From Eledone cirrhosa (lineage: Eukaryota): 64,000 nt of DNA. Below are positions 1 to 12,712 of this stretch, piece by piece. The translations under genes and the position numbers were made by a program. How positions within the stretch are numbered: the stretch's first letter is position 1; each line of letters opens with the position of its first letter. The notes beneath the pieces were generated by a model, which worked only from the letters and a program-made list of their open reading frames with translations, ran no database searches and had not been told where the DNA came from. The stretch spans positions 51,150,001 to 51,214,000 of the forward strand of contig OZ024744.1 in the NCBI GenBank assembly GCA_964016885.1. The letters run 5' to 3'.

Positions 1-273
1 ATTCAGTGGATAGGAAATAGCGAAGCGTGGACTGAATTCCAAGCCATTGAGAAAATCACTGCCTCTACGTCTGTGGCAAATTCAAAAAGAATCGAACACG
101 TGACATCGAGGTCAATCAGTGGAAAGTGGTTTGCTAATAAGACAGCGGCCTGCCTACAACCGTAGCAGCAGTCATGGCCAATATTGCTCGACAAATAATT
201 TGGAGATAATAATAAAGAATTCATATCTAGTAACATATATATACATACAGATGCGATCTATATATATATATAT

Positions 274-561
274 AAAGTAGAGAGAAATGTTTAAGACCTG
301 AAGGCGGCCAGAACCACCAGTTGCCAGCCGGTCACCCAGGCTGGCAACTGCTGGTTCTGGCCGCCTTCAGGTCTTAAACATTTCTCTCTACTTTTCAGCC
401 CCTTGGATTGTGTCTACCATTATTATATTCCTTTATTAGATAAATTTCGTAATACCTGATGATGTCACCGGGTTCTTGCAGAACCCAGTCATTGAAATGT
501 GCATAGTGTTTATAATAAACCCTTAAATAATTTCACCAGTCCAACCTCCTGTCATTTTACT

Positions 562-568
<7 letters not shown>
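274..568. mobile_element. Asymmetric fold-back element in (TA)n with a hammerhead motif (PLE pLTR/retrozyme-like)
   Basis: 274-329 is the near-perfect reverse complement of 339-394. The right arm continues ~175 nt through an HHR to a (TA)n run. Confidence 0.7.
451..510 (+). ncRNA. Type I hammerhead ribozyme motif
   Basis: aatac-CTGATGA-stem II (gggttct/agaaccc)-GAAA-TGTGCA-TA-gtgtt. Stem I is aatac/gtgtt and stem III is near-palindromic. Confidence 0.75.
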
Positions 569-633
<65 letters not shown>

Positions 634-634
<1 letters not shown>

Positions 635-1160
635 ACTAAAGAAATTTTAGCCTGATAGTGGGGTTTAGAACCCTCAGAGAAATGGAAAAAGATGAGTATT
701 GACGTACATGGTTATCCAGATCACTGTGCTACCATTACACCAACACATCACCCATCTCCTTCCATTCAAATTAGAAGCTACATTCTTAGCAAGTATGATG
801 ACAAGTAAGTATGTTTTGAAACAGCGAGCAAGTTTTAAATTAAAAAATAGAAGCTTTCACCGTATTTTTTTTACTAAAGAAATTTTAGCCTGATACTTAC
901 TTGTCATCATACTTGCTAAGAATGTAGCTTATAATTTGAATGGAAGGAGATGGGTGATGTGTTGGTGTAATGGTAGCACAGTGGTCTGGATAACCAAAGA
1001 TGTGGGTTCGACTGCCATGGTACGTCAAAACTCATCTTTTTCCATTTCTCTGAGGGTTCTAAACCCCACTATCAGGCTAAAATTTCTTTAGTAAAAAAAT
1101 ACGGTGAAAGCTTCTATTTTCTAATTTCAAACTTGCTCGCTGTTTCAAAACATGCTTACT

Positions 1161-1163
<3 letters not shown>
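634..1163. mobile_element. Inverted pair of circularly permuted ~260-nt monomers between (TA)n runs
   Basis: Left arm starts and ends with actaaagaaattttagcctgat (635, 873). Right arm is the inverted sequence but starts and ends at cttacttg (896, 1155). Confidence 0.7.
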
Positions 1164-1223
<60 letters not shown>

Positions 1224-1235
1224 TGATATAAATAT

Positions 1236-1318
<83 letters not shown>

Positions 1319-1329
1319 AAATTAGTATT

Positions 1330-3545
1330 ACTCTAGTCAGGTTCCTTAATTTTATAGTAAAAGGAGTAATGTTTCTTATCTTGACAAGAAGGAATTACCT
1401 CATTTTTCAAATTGGAGATTAATATTTCAAACGCTTCGGTTAAACAAAGATTACAGTTGGATCTATTTCCCCCATGTGGTCTTGCTGTATTAATTTAGTA
1501 TTTAATATTATATTTAACCTTATCTTCTTTAAGGGGCCAGAAAAGTCGTATTTTTCAGCTTCATATTTTTAAATGAATGAGTCTGAGCACAGAATTCAGT
1601 TCTGAATTTATTGGCAGTAGCACCTATATAATTAAAGCAATTATCACTAGTTGAAACCGCGCATCTATAAATAACATTAGTTTTAAGACATTTACCTCCA
1701 AGTGGGCAATTATTAGGAATTCTAGAGTTACACATAATCCCTAAAGATCGACTATTATTATTGATTGGCAGTTTCGGTAGAGGGTCGGACGCCATGCTTT
1801 CCAGCATAGTTACGTCCCTTTACGATCTGAGTTCAAATCCCGCCGAGGTTGACTTTGCCTTTCATCCTTACGGGGTCGATAAAATAAAGTACCAGTAATG
1901 CACTGGGTAATTACTAGTCTTGTGCCTAAAGTAGAAACAATTATTGATTATATCCTTATTATGATACCCACCAACAAAAGTGTCACTGGTATACTTAATT
2001 TTACTACATTCCTTATTGTCAAAATCAATTCCAGACACCCTACTATTGAAACAATACTACCATTATTTCAAATATCATTTTCACTAACATTAAGATTAGT
2101 GAGTGTTGTATTTGCGATATTAAGAGTAGAAATACATTCATTAATTATATTAGAGTCAACCAAGGTACTGCCACTAGTATTATCAGTGGTACTAATACCT
2201 ATTCTATTTCTAGAAGGTCCAGTATTGGTTATAAATCTACTATTTATTCTAAAGAAATTAAGTTTCTTTTTAATGTTCATTGCTATGTAATCCACCAAAT
2301 TAGGGGTTGTAGAAAAGGATAATTTCACATTATTTATTTAATATCTTATAATATCTATGGTTGGGGAAAAATTCTTATCCACTATATCAAATTAGAAGCG
2401 ACCTGGAGACGCAATTTAGGGTTATACCAGATGCATTTTTCCTTCTTAATTTATGCCTTACATTATAATTATACGATTTAATCACTGTATCATCTATGTT
2501 ACTACCAACTTTATCAATTAAATTTAGTTTAAAGTTGTCATTTTCATGGTTAATAGTTTAGTAATAGGTTTAGAGTCTAATAGTTGGCTTAGGGTCTAAA
2601 CTTTAGACGAATTGTCAGTTTTAGTCATAGCATTCTTCTTATCATTTTTTTCCTATTATTATAAAAACCATATGTAGGTTTATTGCCATACTTTGGAGAG
2701 ATACATTTAAAAGTATAGACCTTATTATAAATTCTATTATCAGTAGTGTAATATTTTATTTTATTTTTGTATCCTGATCTATGTAAGGCCTCATTATAGT
2801 AATTAGTATTCTGATTAAAATAATCAATATTTGCCGAAAGAGAACTTATTCTATTAAAAATGTTATTAATTATTGCATTTTTAATAGATTTGGGGGTGGT
2901 TAGAGAATTTATTTACATAAAATAGAAACTCACCAGGTTTATGGTATGGTTGGAAGGAATGATCATTTAGGTCTAAACTAACATCTAAGAAATTAACAAC
3001 CCTATCAGCATTATCAATTGTAATTGTTAAATTATATTCTTTAAAGAATTTATGTAAATGTTTCCTAACTCCCTCTAAAGCTGATTTAGAATAATTTTCT
3101 AAGGTAAAGAGAGCGTCAACGCGGTACAATCCTTCCCCGATAGCAGGAAACTTGGCCTTAAGTTTATCTAGAAAAAACAATCCAACCAAAATCAGTTACT
3201 AGTGATATCAAAATTATTCGGGCGATCCTTCCTAGTCCATAGATCCTCATTAAATTCTATTATAGTTCTTCTAGCTAGTAAAATTGTATCTGTTTCAATG
3301 TGAGTAATGTCAGTAAGATCAGCAACAAATGACAAAACTTTATCAAGGAGAGGAGGAGAGATAGAAGCATAATAGTTATTTATGTCAAATTGCAGGAACT
3401 TTACTTTGCTACAATTATTTAAAACCGACATCGGTAGTGTTACCCCAGAGAATTAACATTATATTATTTTTAATTTGTGGGATTACTCTGTCAATTATCT
3501 TTTTAGTTTTTCTACCTATATCCAAAGTGGAGGAACATCCACCTG
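1330..3545 (-). mobile_element. Decayed, 5'-truncated Penelope-like element (RT + GIY-YIG)
   Basis: RT motifs LQFDINNYYASIS (3192-3431) and GLYRVDAL...VNFLDVSLDL...YHKP...SNHP (2881-3189). GIY-YIG CPLGGKCLKTNVIYRC...YIG (1529-1807). Frameshifted and interrupted by a SINE. Confidence 0.85.
1765..1945 (+). mobile_element. tRNA-derived SINE (family S1) inserted in the PLE
   Basis: B box GAGTTCAAATCC and conserved body gcctttcatcc...gggtcgataaaataaagtaccagt. More than 12 copies in the window. Confidence 0.85.
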
Positions 3546-3779
3546 TTTCCAATCTTTTTTATATTGTACGATACATTTTTCATATATATATATATACAAA
3601 TATATTTATATTTACAAATATATACGATACTCCAAAACACACACATATCTGTGTAATGTTGACGGACGTGAGAATCAGTACTCAATAACGAAGTAGAATT
3701 TATATATTCACCTGTGTCCTCACAATATCATCAGATTATCTAATGAACTGGTGCTCTTGAGGAAAGGAAAGAACCACCC

Positions 3780-3819
<40 letters not shown>

Positions 3820-3974
3820 ACATGTATATATATACATGTATTTACACACACACACACAGAGAGTACAATGTAGGTATCTTAAAGTGGAAATGGCTGTAAA
3901 ACAGCCAGCTGCTGGATGGTCATTGCATAAGTTGGGTTAAGAAAAACCTCTTAATGAACTGAAGAATGGTCAGA

Positions 3975-3976
3975 GA

Positions 3977-4063
<87 letters not shown>
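3975..4063. repeat. (GA)n microsatellite
   Basis: Direct sequence. Confidence 0.95.
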
Positions 4064-4067
<4 letters not shown>

Positions 4068-4721
4068 TCATGAAGGTGAGAGATAACGTATGAATAGAGA
4101 GTATAGCATATGATGGAAGAGATGGGGAGATCGAGAGACTGAGAAGAAAGAATTAATGAGAGTGATAGAGTATATATGTTGACATGGAGAAGTAATCATG
4201 GGAGACAGTAGAGAAAGTTAAGTTGAAAAACATAAAAGAACGAACTATAGCATCGAAACTTCTTCAGCTTCCCTCTAGCTACATGACTTCGCGTGGCTGG
4301 GAAGAGAATCATTTATTTAAAGCTAGTCAGCGCAACAGAATCAAAGTTTCTGTTGGTGTGACGCGTGTAGAGAAAACAAAACAAGAGAACAGTGGTAACG
4401 CGTCTTATCTGGGCCGCGATTGTCAGTATTATGATGGCAGCATCAGCAGCAGCAGGCGTGATGTCAGTGGAAGTAGCAGTTGGCGTGGCAGTAGTGAGGA
4501 TGAGTAGCAAGAGAAAAAAATAAAGAGTTAAAGAGTTACCTGTCCCTGACACTACTTTCCGTCCACCATAGAGAGCCAAAATAGCGCTTTATATGTAAAC
4601 TACAAGATTTGAAATGATGAGTGTGTAAATATATATGCATTTATACATGTATGTATGTATGTATGTATGTATGTATGTATGTATGTATGTATGTATGTAT
4701 GTATGTATGTATGTATGTATG

Positions 4722-7700
4722 TTCTTCTGGTTTTATAATTTCACAAAGTTTTACCAATAGAGAGAGAGTCGGTTTCTAACATAGACACAATACTCTCTCA
4801 TTGGAATTTACACAACATCAACTAGGTAGATATGTATTTATGCATGCATGTGTAGATATGGATGTTATTGTATGTGTGTATGTGTATGTTTTGAGTTGTA
4901 TGTGTGCATGTGTATATGCTTTGTATCTGTGTATGTGTATCTGTGTGCATGTGTATATGCTTTGTACATGTGTATATGCAGTTATTAGATGCAACATTTT
5001 TGGAATGTTTTACATATTTTTACTGTTCCATTAATAGATTGTACTTGTAATTTCCTAACTAGTTGTGTTCTTTCTGTTCCTGTGAAGCCTAGCTTCTCAA
5101 GATGTGTATTGAGGCAGTTCCTAACATACCCCAGTGCCTCAATAATCACAGGCATAGATCTGAAGGTGTAATGAGGGTGGAGTATCTGCAGATTTCTCAT
5201 CAGTTCTGCATATATATTCTCCTTTTCACTAATCTTTGATATTATATTGGCATCTGCTGGGCAGCTAATTTCCACTACTGTGCATGTTTTCTTCTCCCTG
5301 TCCCATATCATAATATCTGGTCTGTTATGCCTGCATTTTATTGGGGTTTTTACTGGAACATTCCACAAGTACTCTTTCATATTATGTACATGGATATCTT
5401 CCACATTGTTGTAGCTTTTAATGTGTTTATTATCGGGGCTATCTTTTTTACGAACCGCATTGTACTGTGTTTTGGCCACTACATCATGCCTCATAGGTAG
5501 ATAGTACCGCGATGACATCTTTAGAGAGCTGCTGATGACATGGGTGACATCCTCGATGTTAGTTCTGCAGAGTCTGCACTTGTTATTACATCTAGGTGTT
5601 TTGCCTGCATCCCTATCTCTTTTGTGAATCAGGTATTTCGTGCTAATCTCCTGTTCCTGGATTGCAAAAGCGTATCCTTCAAAGTGGGAGCCAATATAGC
5701 GGTTGTTGGTCCAAGATAGACTACTTTCCTTATCTATATTACTCTCACTCTGGAGCTTCTTGGCAACATATCCATGCATGATTTTTTGCTGATAGGCATT
5801 CAGTTTTTCATCCATGGATTCACTGTGATACTGCTGAGCGACATCCCTGGGTGTGAGTTTTTTTTATTATCACACAGGGAATATCTCTTGAGGAGTTCCT
5901 TCCCAACTCTCATGATCTTATCGAGAAACGGTCTCCTACGCTTCGAGGTTCGTAGATGTTGTGGGAGAGATATGATGCGACATTCAAATGTTGTCTGCAC
6001 TGATGTTAGGCCTCTCCCTCCCTGCTTGCGTTTCAAGTAAAGGCGGTCTATGTCACTGTTGATGTGGAAGTTTCCGGTGTTGTTCAGTATTTTTCGAGTT
6101 CCAACATCAACTGCTCGGATTTCGTCTATCGTCCAATTGAGTATTCCAAACGTTGGTGTTAGGACAGGCACAGCAAACACATTGTGAGCCACTGTTTTGT
6201 TTTGCGCAGAGAGTTCCGATGACCAGATCTTTCTTAATCGGGTGTAGTATTCCCTGGTTACGCGTTCTTTATTACAGATACCATTATAGGATATGTTCTC
6301 ATCTATCCCCAGGTATCTGTAGCAGTCCTCATCAGATATCGGTGAAACAGTTAGACCATTGATGACAATGTTGCTAGATTGGGTTGTTGTTTTTCCCCGC
6401 TTTACAGTCATGTATGAGCATTTATCTTGGCCAAACTCCATTCCTATATCCTTTGAGAACGTTGTAACCAGGTCAAGATTTTTCTTCATCCCATCCATGT
6501 TCTTGGCATAGAGTTTCAGATCGTCCACAAAGAAGTTATGGGTTAGGTTCGTATTTCTGTCCTCCTGTGAGCCAATGATATATCCCTCACATTTCTTGAG
6601 CAGAAAGGACAAGGAGTTTAATGACAAGATGAACAATATCACAGAGAGACTGTCCCCCTGAAATATACCCCTGCAATATTTTATTTTATCAGTGAAAATA
6701 GAGTCCTCCCTCTCTGTCTTTAACCTTAGGATAGTAGCCCAAGAAGAAGACAGCCTCTCTATGGCTCTGACAATAATGTCTGGGACTTTAGCAAGTTGGA
6801 GGGCCTCTATCATCCAAGAGTGGGGAACAGAATCGAAAGCTTTCCTGTAGTCCAGCCAGACTGTAGTCATATTCCTCCTAAGTTGTCGCACCTCCGACAT
6901 CGCAGTTTTGTTGATTAGAAGTTGTTCAGCACATCCCCAAACCCCTTTCTTTCCAGCTGCTTGTTCATCTGTGATGATGTTATTATTTTCACAGTGATCT
7001 TGGAGGAATAGGTTCAGGCAGGCTGTATACATCTTATACATCAGGTTCTGGCATGCAATGGGTCGGTAGTTTTTTGCCAAGTGGGTGTCTTTGTTCTTGG
7101 GGACCAGTAACGTTTGTGCTAATGTCAATCATTCTGGTATAAGTGTATCTCCCTTAAGAACTTGTTGGTAGAGGTCAGTAAGATACCTCCGATAGAATAT
7201 TAGTTTTTTTGTACCAGTAGCCGACAATCATGTCTCTTCCTGGTGTTTTCTTATCTTGGAGTTTTCCTATCACAGTTTCAAGGGTACCCTCACTTATTTC
7301 GTATGTTTTTGTTGTAGTGTAGGAGCAATAGTTCTTTCAGATTTCTCTTAGCCACACTGCCTCTTGGTTGAAATTCTTCTTTTCACCCATATTTTTCTCA
7401 AAAAGGAATCTATGTCTTTCTGGGATGGGGCCTTAGTGACACTTATTATTTTCCCCTTCATATCTCTATAGACTGATGTTTATTAAGCACTTTTCTCTCA
7501 TCTACCTTCTTCAGGTACCGGCGTTTTTCGCTAACAGCTCTCAATTCTTGTTTGAGGGTGATCAGCTTATATTAGAGAGTTCTGGTTCTACTGTTACCAA
7601 ACATCGTCTCTATTTTATTTTGCACTCTTTGTTGGTGAGGAGTGAGGTTTTTTTGTGTTTGTTTGCATGTAAGGAGCATTGTCACATGTCCTATGTTTTT

Positions 7701-7835
7701 TCGTAGGTCAGCACTCTTTTTTTTCTATTTTAGTTATATATGATGGTATTTTTGGTGGTGTTTTGTTCTTGTTAATATCTCTGCTATCACCAAGATAATG
7801 CTTCACTGTCATTGCTAAGGCATATAAACAGGCGT
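4722..7835 (-). mobile_element. R4/Dong-like non-LTR retrotransposon, 5'-truncated, frameshifted (RT, zinc knuckle, restriction-like endonuclease)
   Basis: ORF 5800-7128: [37 protein letters not shown] 4985-5815: CRLC...H and HNRPDI...VEISCP. Flanked by (ATAC)n on both sides. Confidence 0.92.
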
Positions 7836-7919
7836 TCATTTGTATGTATGTATGTATGTATGTATGTATGTATGTATGTATGTATGTATGTATGTATGTA
7901 TGTGTGTATGTATGTATGT

Positions 7920-8836
7920 AATCTCTTTCTCTTAATTTCGAGTATATTTTTTTTGACCGGCCATCTTCCTGGTGGCAAGGTTGTAAAAGAAAAGAAATTG
8001 TCATCCCTTGAATCGCAAGAATGTTTTGCAAATTTTAAAGGTGCCAGCTATCGCAGCCATTTGTAGACTATGAATTAGGGAGCTGCGCTTTTTGTCCGCA
8101 AATCCAAGTTCAGTCATACTTTGGTCCAAGCGGGTTGGTATATAACCCGTAGCTCCAATAATGATGGGTATGAAGCTAAAGGTGTATCTTGGATACTGGA
8201 TTTGTAAACTCCTCATCAATGGTCCGTAGATGTCCTCCTTCTCCTGTATTTTTCTGACAACGTTTACATCAAGTGGGCAGCTGATCTCCACAACAGAACA
8301 CGTTTTCAATGTGTGGTCCCAAACAACAATATCAGGCCGGTTGTGCTTTAATTTGGTGGCAGTTTTTATTTTCAGGTTCCACCAGTATTCCTTAGTGCCA
8401 TCTGTCTCAATATATTCTTCCTCGTTTGTTGTTAATTTTGTTTTCCGAAGTGCGTTCCAGATGGTTCTAGCTATCCCATCGTGTCTCACGGGGAGGTAGT
8501 AGCGAGATGACATTCTTTCGCAGCTGGCAACAATGTGGCTTACATCCTCGATCTTTGTTTTACATAGCCTACATTTATTGTCAGCTGCTGGCCCTCCTCT
8601 TTTGTGCAGCAGATATTTGGTAGGGAGTTCTTGTTCCTGTATTGCATAGAGATATCCCTCAAGGTCTGCTGTCATAAACTTGTCGGAACTCCATGCCAGG
8701 CTTTTTGAGTGGTTTATCCCCTCTATGGTCTGTGTTTTACGCCTCAAGTATCCATGCACAACTTTTTCTGTAAATTGGTCAATTTTTTTAATCTTGTTTG
8801 AACATTGAATAGGATCTTCCGATTTCTCTGGGTATC
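7920..8836 (-). mobile_element. R4/Dong-like 3' fragment (related subfamily)
   Basis: CRLCKTKIEDVSHIVASC and HNRPDIVVWD...VEISCP. Bounded by (TATG)n arrays. Confidence 0.9.
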
Positions 8837-8916
8837 TATGTATGTATGTATGTATGTATGTATGTATGTATGTATGTATGTATGTATGTATGTATGTATG
8901 TATGTATGTATGTATG

Positions 8917-10502
8917 TGCAGGAGAAGTGTATGGAACAAGGTTTGGATCTGTATCAGGTTTTTGTCGATCTTACAAAATTTTCGATACTGTTAACAGAGA
9001 TGCATTATGGAAGGTTCTCCAGAAACTTGGTTGCCCTGATAAGTTCCTTGCTTTAGTTAGGTCTTTCCATAACGACATGAAGGCTTGGGTTAATGTCGGA
9101 GGTAACATGTCGGAGCCTATCTCAGTAAAAAATGGAGTGAAACGGGGATATTCCAGCACCGACCCTGTTTGCCATATACTTTGCAATGGTTTTCTGTATT
9201 GCATTCAGGAATTGCGAGCATGGTGTTTACATCCGATAACGAACCTCAGGCAGCATATTTAACATCAGGCGCTTTGCTGCAAAGACAAAAGTATTTACAT
9301 CAATCATAAGAGACCTCTTGTATGCAGATGATTGCGATCTTGTAGCGCACACAGAGAGTGATATGCAGGACATTTTGAATGCATTTTCTGACGCTTGCAC
9401 TGCCCTAGGATTGACTGTCAGTCTCAAGAAAATCGTCGTCATGTACCAACCTGCCCCTGGTAAGCAGTACACTGAACCAAATATCTATGTGTATGGTAAA
9501 CGACTTGGAGTGGTTGATCAGTTTGTCTACCTGGGAAGCACTGTCAATCGATACAGCAACCTTGACAGTGAAATCTCACTTAGGATTAGGAAAGCAAGTG
9601 ATGCTTTCGAAAAGCTAGAAAGGCGACTCTGGGGTTGACGAGACATATGCAGGAGGACAAAGGTAAAGGTGGACAAGGCATGTGTGCTCTCTTGTCTTGT
9701 TTATGCCTGCGAGACCTGGGTCACATATCGACACCACCTTAAGCAATTGGAGCGTTTCCATCAGATGTGTCTCAGACGGATCCCTGGCGTTCACTGGAGG
9801 GACCACATCAGTGATGTCGAGATTTTGGAAAGCTCTATGTGTGACAGTATAGAAGATCTTGTACTTAAAGAACGACTCCGTTGGAGTGGTCACCTTGCCA
9901 GGATGAAGGATTCTAGAATACCAAAACAACTCTTTTATGGAGAGTTGGTTAAAGGAAAACGACCGCCACATAAACCAAAAAAGAGATATAAGGATTCCTT
10001 GAAAGCCTCTTTGAAAGACGCTAACATCTCTGCTGATACATGGGAAAATATTGCTGCTGATCATAATAAATGGAGAAAGACTGTATATGAGGGAAAAGTT
10101 GTCTTTGAGGCATCTCGAATCGCATACGAGAAAGTAAAGCGGGATGTAAGGAAGGGCATTACTGTTGCATTTCCAGACAGCGAAGGTCCTCCTATGGCGC
10201 TGACATGCAGCGTCTGTGCGAGACTCTGCCTAAGCAAAGCTGGACTCGAAAGTCATCTTCGCAGTCATAAAGTGAGACCAGTGGTTGTCTACCAGACTGC
10301 TGTTGGAGATGCTACTCATCATGCTTGCCAAGCATGTGGTAGAGAATGTAAATCAGCAGGAAGGCTCAAGCGACATGCAAAAGTACATGAACTCCAACCA
10401 CAGCCGGCTATTCCCAATGAATGTTTTGGTTGCCGACTCTGTGCAAGATATTTTAGATCATTGGCTGGGCTAAAAAGCCACATTCGATCGCAGCGCTGTT
10501 AG
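8917..10502 (+). mobile_element. RTE-like LINE, 5'-truncated, with three C-terminal C2H2-type fingers
   Basis: FDTVNRDALW, YADD, FVYLGS, RLRWSGHLARM...RIPKQLFYGEL. Fingers CSVC..H..H, CQAC..H..H, CRLC..H. Confidence 0.9.
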
Positions 10503-10606
10503 TTGCTATCGTGTGTGTGTGTGTAGAGATATGTTTATGTGTGTGCGTGTGTGTGTATATATATATGTATGTGTATATTATTATTGTTGTTGTTGTCGTT
10601 ATTATT

Positions 10607-12410
10607 ATTGTTGTTATTCCTTGAATCTCAGTCATTGATGTTGGTTAACTGGAAAGTCCGTTGGATTGAATATCAAGCCACTACCTGCAGCCTCAGATAT
10701 TCAGGACGTATCGGAGCGTTCTTGCTGTTCCAAGCAAGCATGCCTTTTGAAGCTTCCAAAAAGCGTGAAGGGGCCGATTTTCTTTAACCATCCCTGGAAA
10801 CTTTTGGAGATAGTCCCCAGTGCGCCTATGACAATCGGGATCACTTTGACTTCATGGCAGTTCCAAATCCTTTTCACCTCCCACTTTAGGTCCTGGTATC
10901 GGTTAATTTTCTCCCTCTCCTTCTCTTGCACTCTCGTGTCGAACGGGCAGGCCACATCCACAATCAGACACGATCTTTTTTCTTTGTCCACAACCACCAG
11001 GTCAGGTCTATTGTGTTCCAGTTTTTTGTCCGTCTGTATCCTAAAATCCCACAGCACCTTCACCTGATTGTTCTCCATCACCGCCTCTGGCCTATGCTCA
11101 TACCATTTCTCAGAATGTGGTAAATTGTTTACTTTGCACAGGTGCCAGTGGATCACCCTGCCCATCACATCGTGTCTCCAGCCCTTATAGTGGGTCTGGG
11201 CTAGGTGTTTACACTCGGACACAATGTGAGCCACAGTCTCCTCTCTCTCTCCACAGATCCTGCACAGTGGGCTAGCCTCCTCCTTGTAAATATGGTGCTT
11301 CAACCACTTCGTTTTGAGGGCCTGCTCCTGCGCAGCCATTAGCATTCCTTCTGTAGCCTTTTTGAGGTCTCCTCTTCTCAACCAGTTCCATGTCTGTGGA
11401 TATCTAAATTCAGTTTTCTCAAAGAAGGTACTATGAAGGGATTTTCCCTTAAGGCTGCTCTTCCTCCTTGATGTTATTTCCTCCTTGGACATCCCCTGGC
11501 CTACTGTCCCCTCCTTCAGTACAGTTCTGAGCATTGGCTCCTTACTATAGGTCACGTATTTGTATAGGTTGTTTTTCTCCATCTGAACACAGTCCTCTAT
11601 GCTGATAAGACGTCTTCCACCCTCAGATATCCTTAGGTAGAGTCTATCGACATCACTCCTCTTGTGGAACATGTTGTAGGTAGTCAATAGCTTCCTAGTC
11701 TTCCTATCCATTTCTTTTTGTTCAGCAACATTCCATCTCAGAATTCCCGCACTGTACCTAATAATAGACACAGCTCGGGAATTTACTGCGCTTATGGCAT
11801 TTCTGCTGTTCAGATGTGACTTCAATACGCTCCTTACTCTCCGAATGTATTCAGTTCTTAACAATTCCTTCATTTTTTTGTTCTTTATGCCATCAGCCTC
11901 CAGAACGCCCAAATACTTGTATCCTTCCTCAGAGTCAATTTCCTTTATCATCTCACCTGTTGGTATCTGGATCCCGTTACTTCTGCTCAACCTACCCCTC
12001 CTCATCACAATGACTCCACATTTACCAATACCAAACTGCATACATATATCACTGCTGAAAATACGGACAGTGTCAACAAGCACATCCAACTCCTTCTCAC
12101 TTTTCCCGAAGAGCTTAAGATCGTCCATGAAGAGGAGGTGATTGATGGTAAGCTCTCCCCTTCCCAACTTGTATCCTGCTCTCACTTTTCGCAGCATAAT
12201 GGTCAAGGGCATCAGGGCAAGGACAAACAACAGAGGGGACAGGCTATCTCCCTGGAAGAAACCTCTCTTGATCTTCACGCTTCCCAAAGATACTCCAGTT
12301 GATGTCAACTCTGTCTCCCAGGACCCCATACTCCTGCCTAGCAACTGTCTGATGTTATCTGCCACCCTGAAGATCTCCAGGCTTTTGGTGATCCAAGAAT
12401 GAGGCACCAT
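10607..12410 (-). mobile_element. R4/Dong-like LINE 3' half with an open 569-aa ORF
   Basis: FQGDSLSP, FMDD, YKYLG, CRIC..H..C, HNRPDL...DVACP. Flanked by (TAA)n-type repeats. Confidence 0.93.
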
Positions 12411-12411
12411 G

Positions 12412-12442
<31 letters not shown>

Positions 12443-12587
12443 GTTATTAATGTATATGTGTGTATATATATATATGTGTATATATATATATATATGTATG
12501 TGTGTATATATATTTATTTTATTTTATTTAATTTTATTTTATTTTTTATTTATTTATTTATTTATTATTATTATTATTATTTTTTCT

Positions 12588-12712
12588 TGTGCAATGGCCA
12601 TACTCGATAACGAGGGGGCAGCCATCATGTATGTATGTATGTATGTATGTATGTATGTATGTATGTATGTATGTATGTATGTATGTATGTATGTATGTAT
12701 GTATGTATGTAT
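12588..12712 (+). mobile_element. 3' tail of the non-coding element family at 22719-23930
   Basis: tgcaatggccatactcgataacgagggggcagccatc followed by (ATGT)n, matching 23181-23217. Confidence 0.75.

Noticed and set aside
1-230. Possible GIY-YIG C-terminus (VESGLLIRQRPAYN)
   Set aside because: Too short and interrupted by stops to support a call.
4223-4579. Short overlapping ORFs next to (GA)n
   Set aside because: Low-complexity, with no recognisable domain or splice support.
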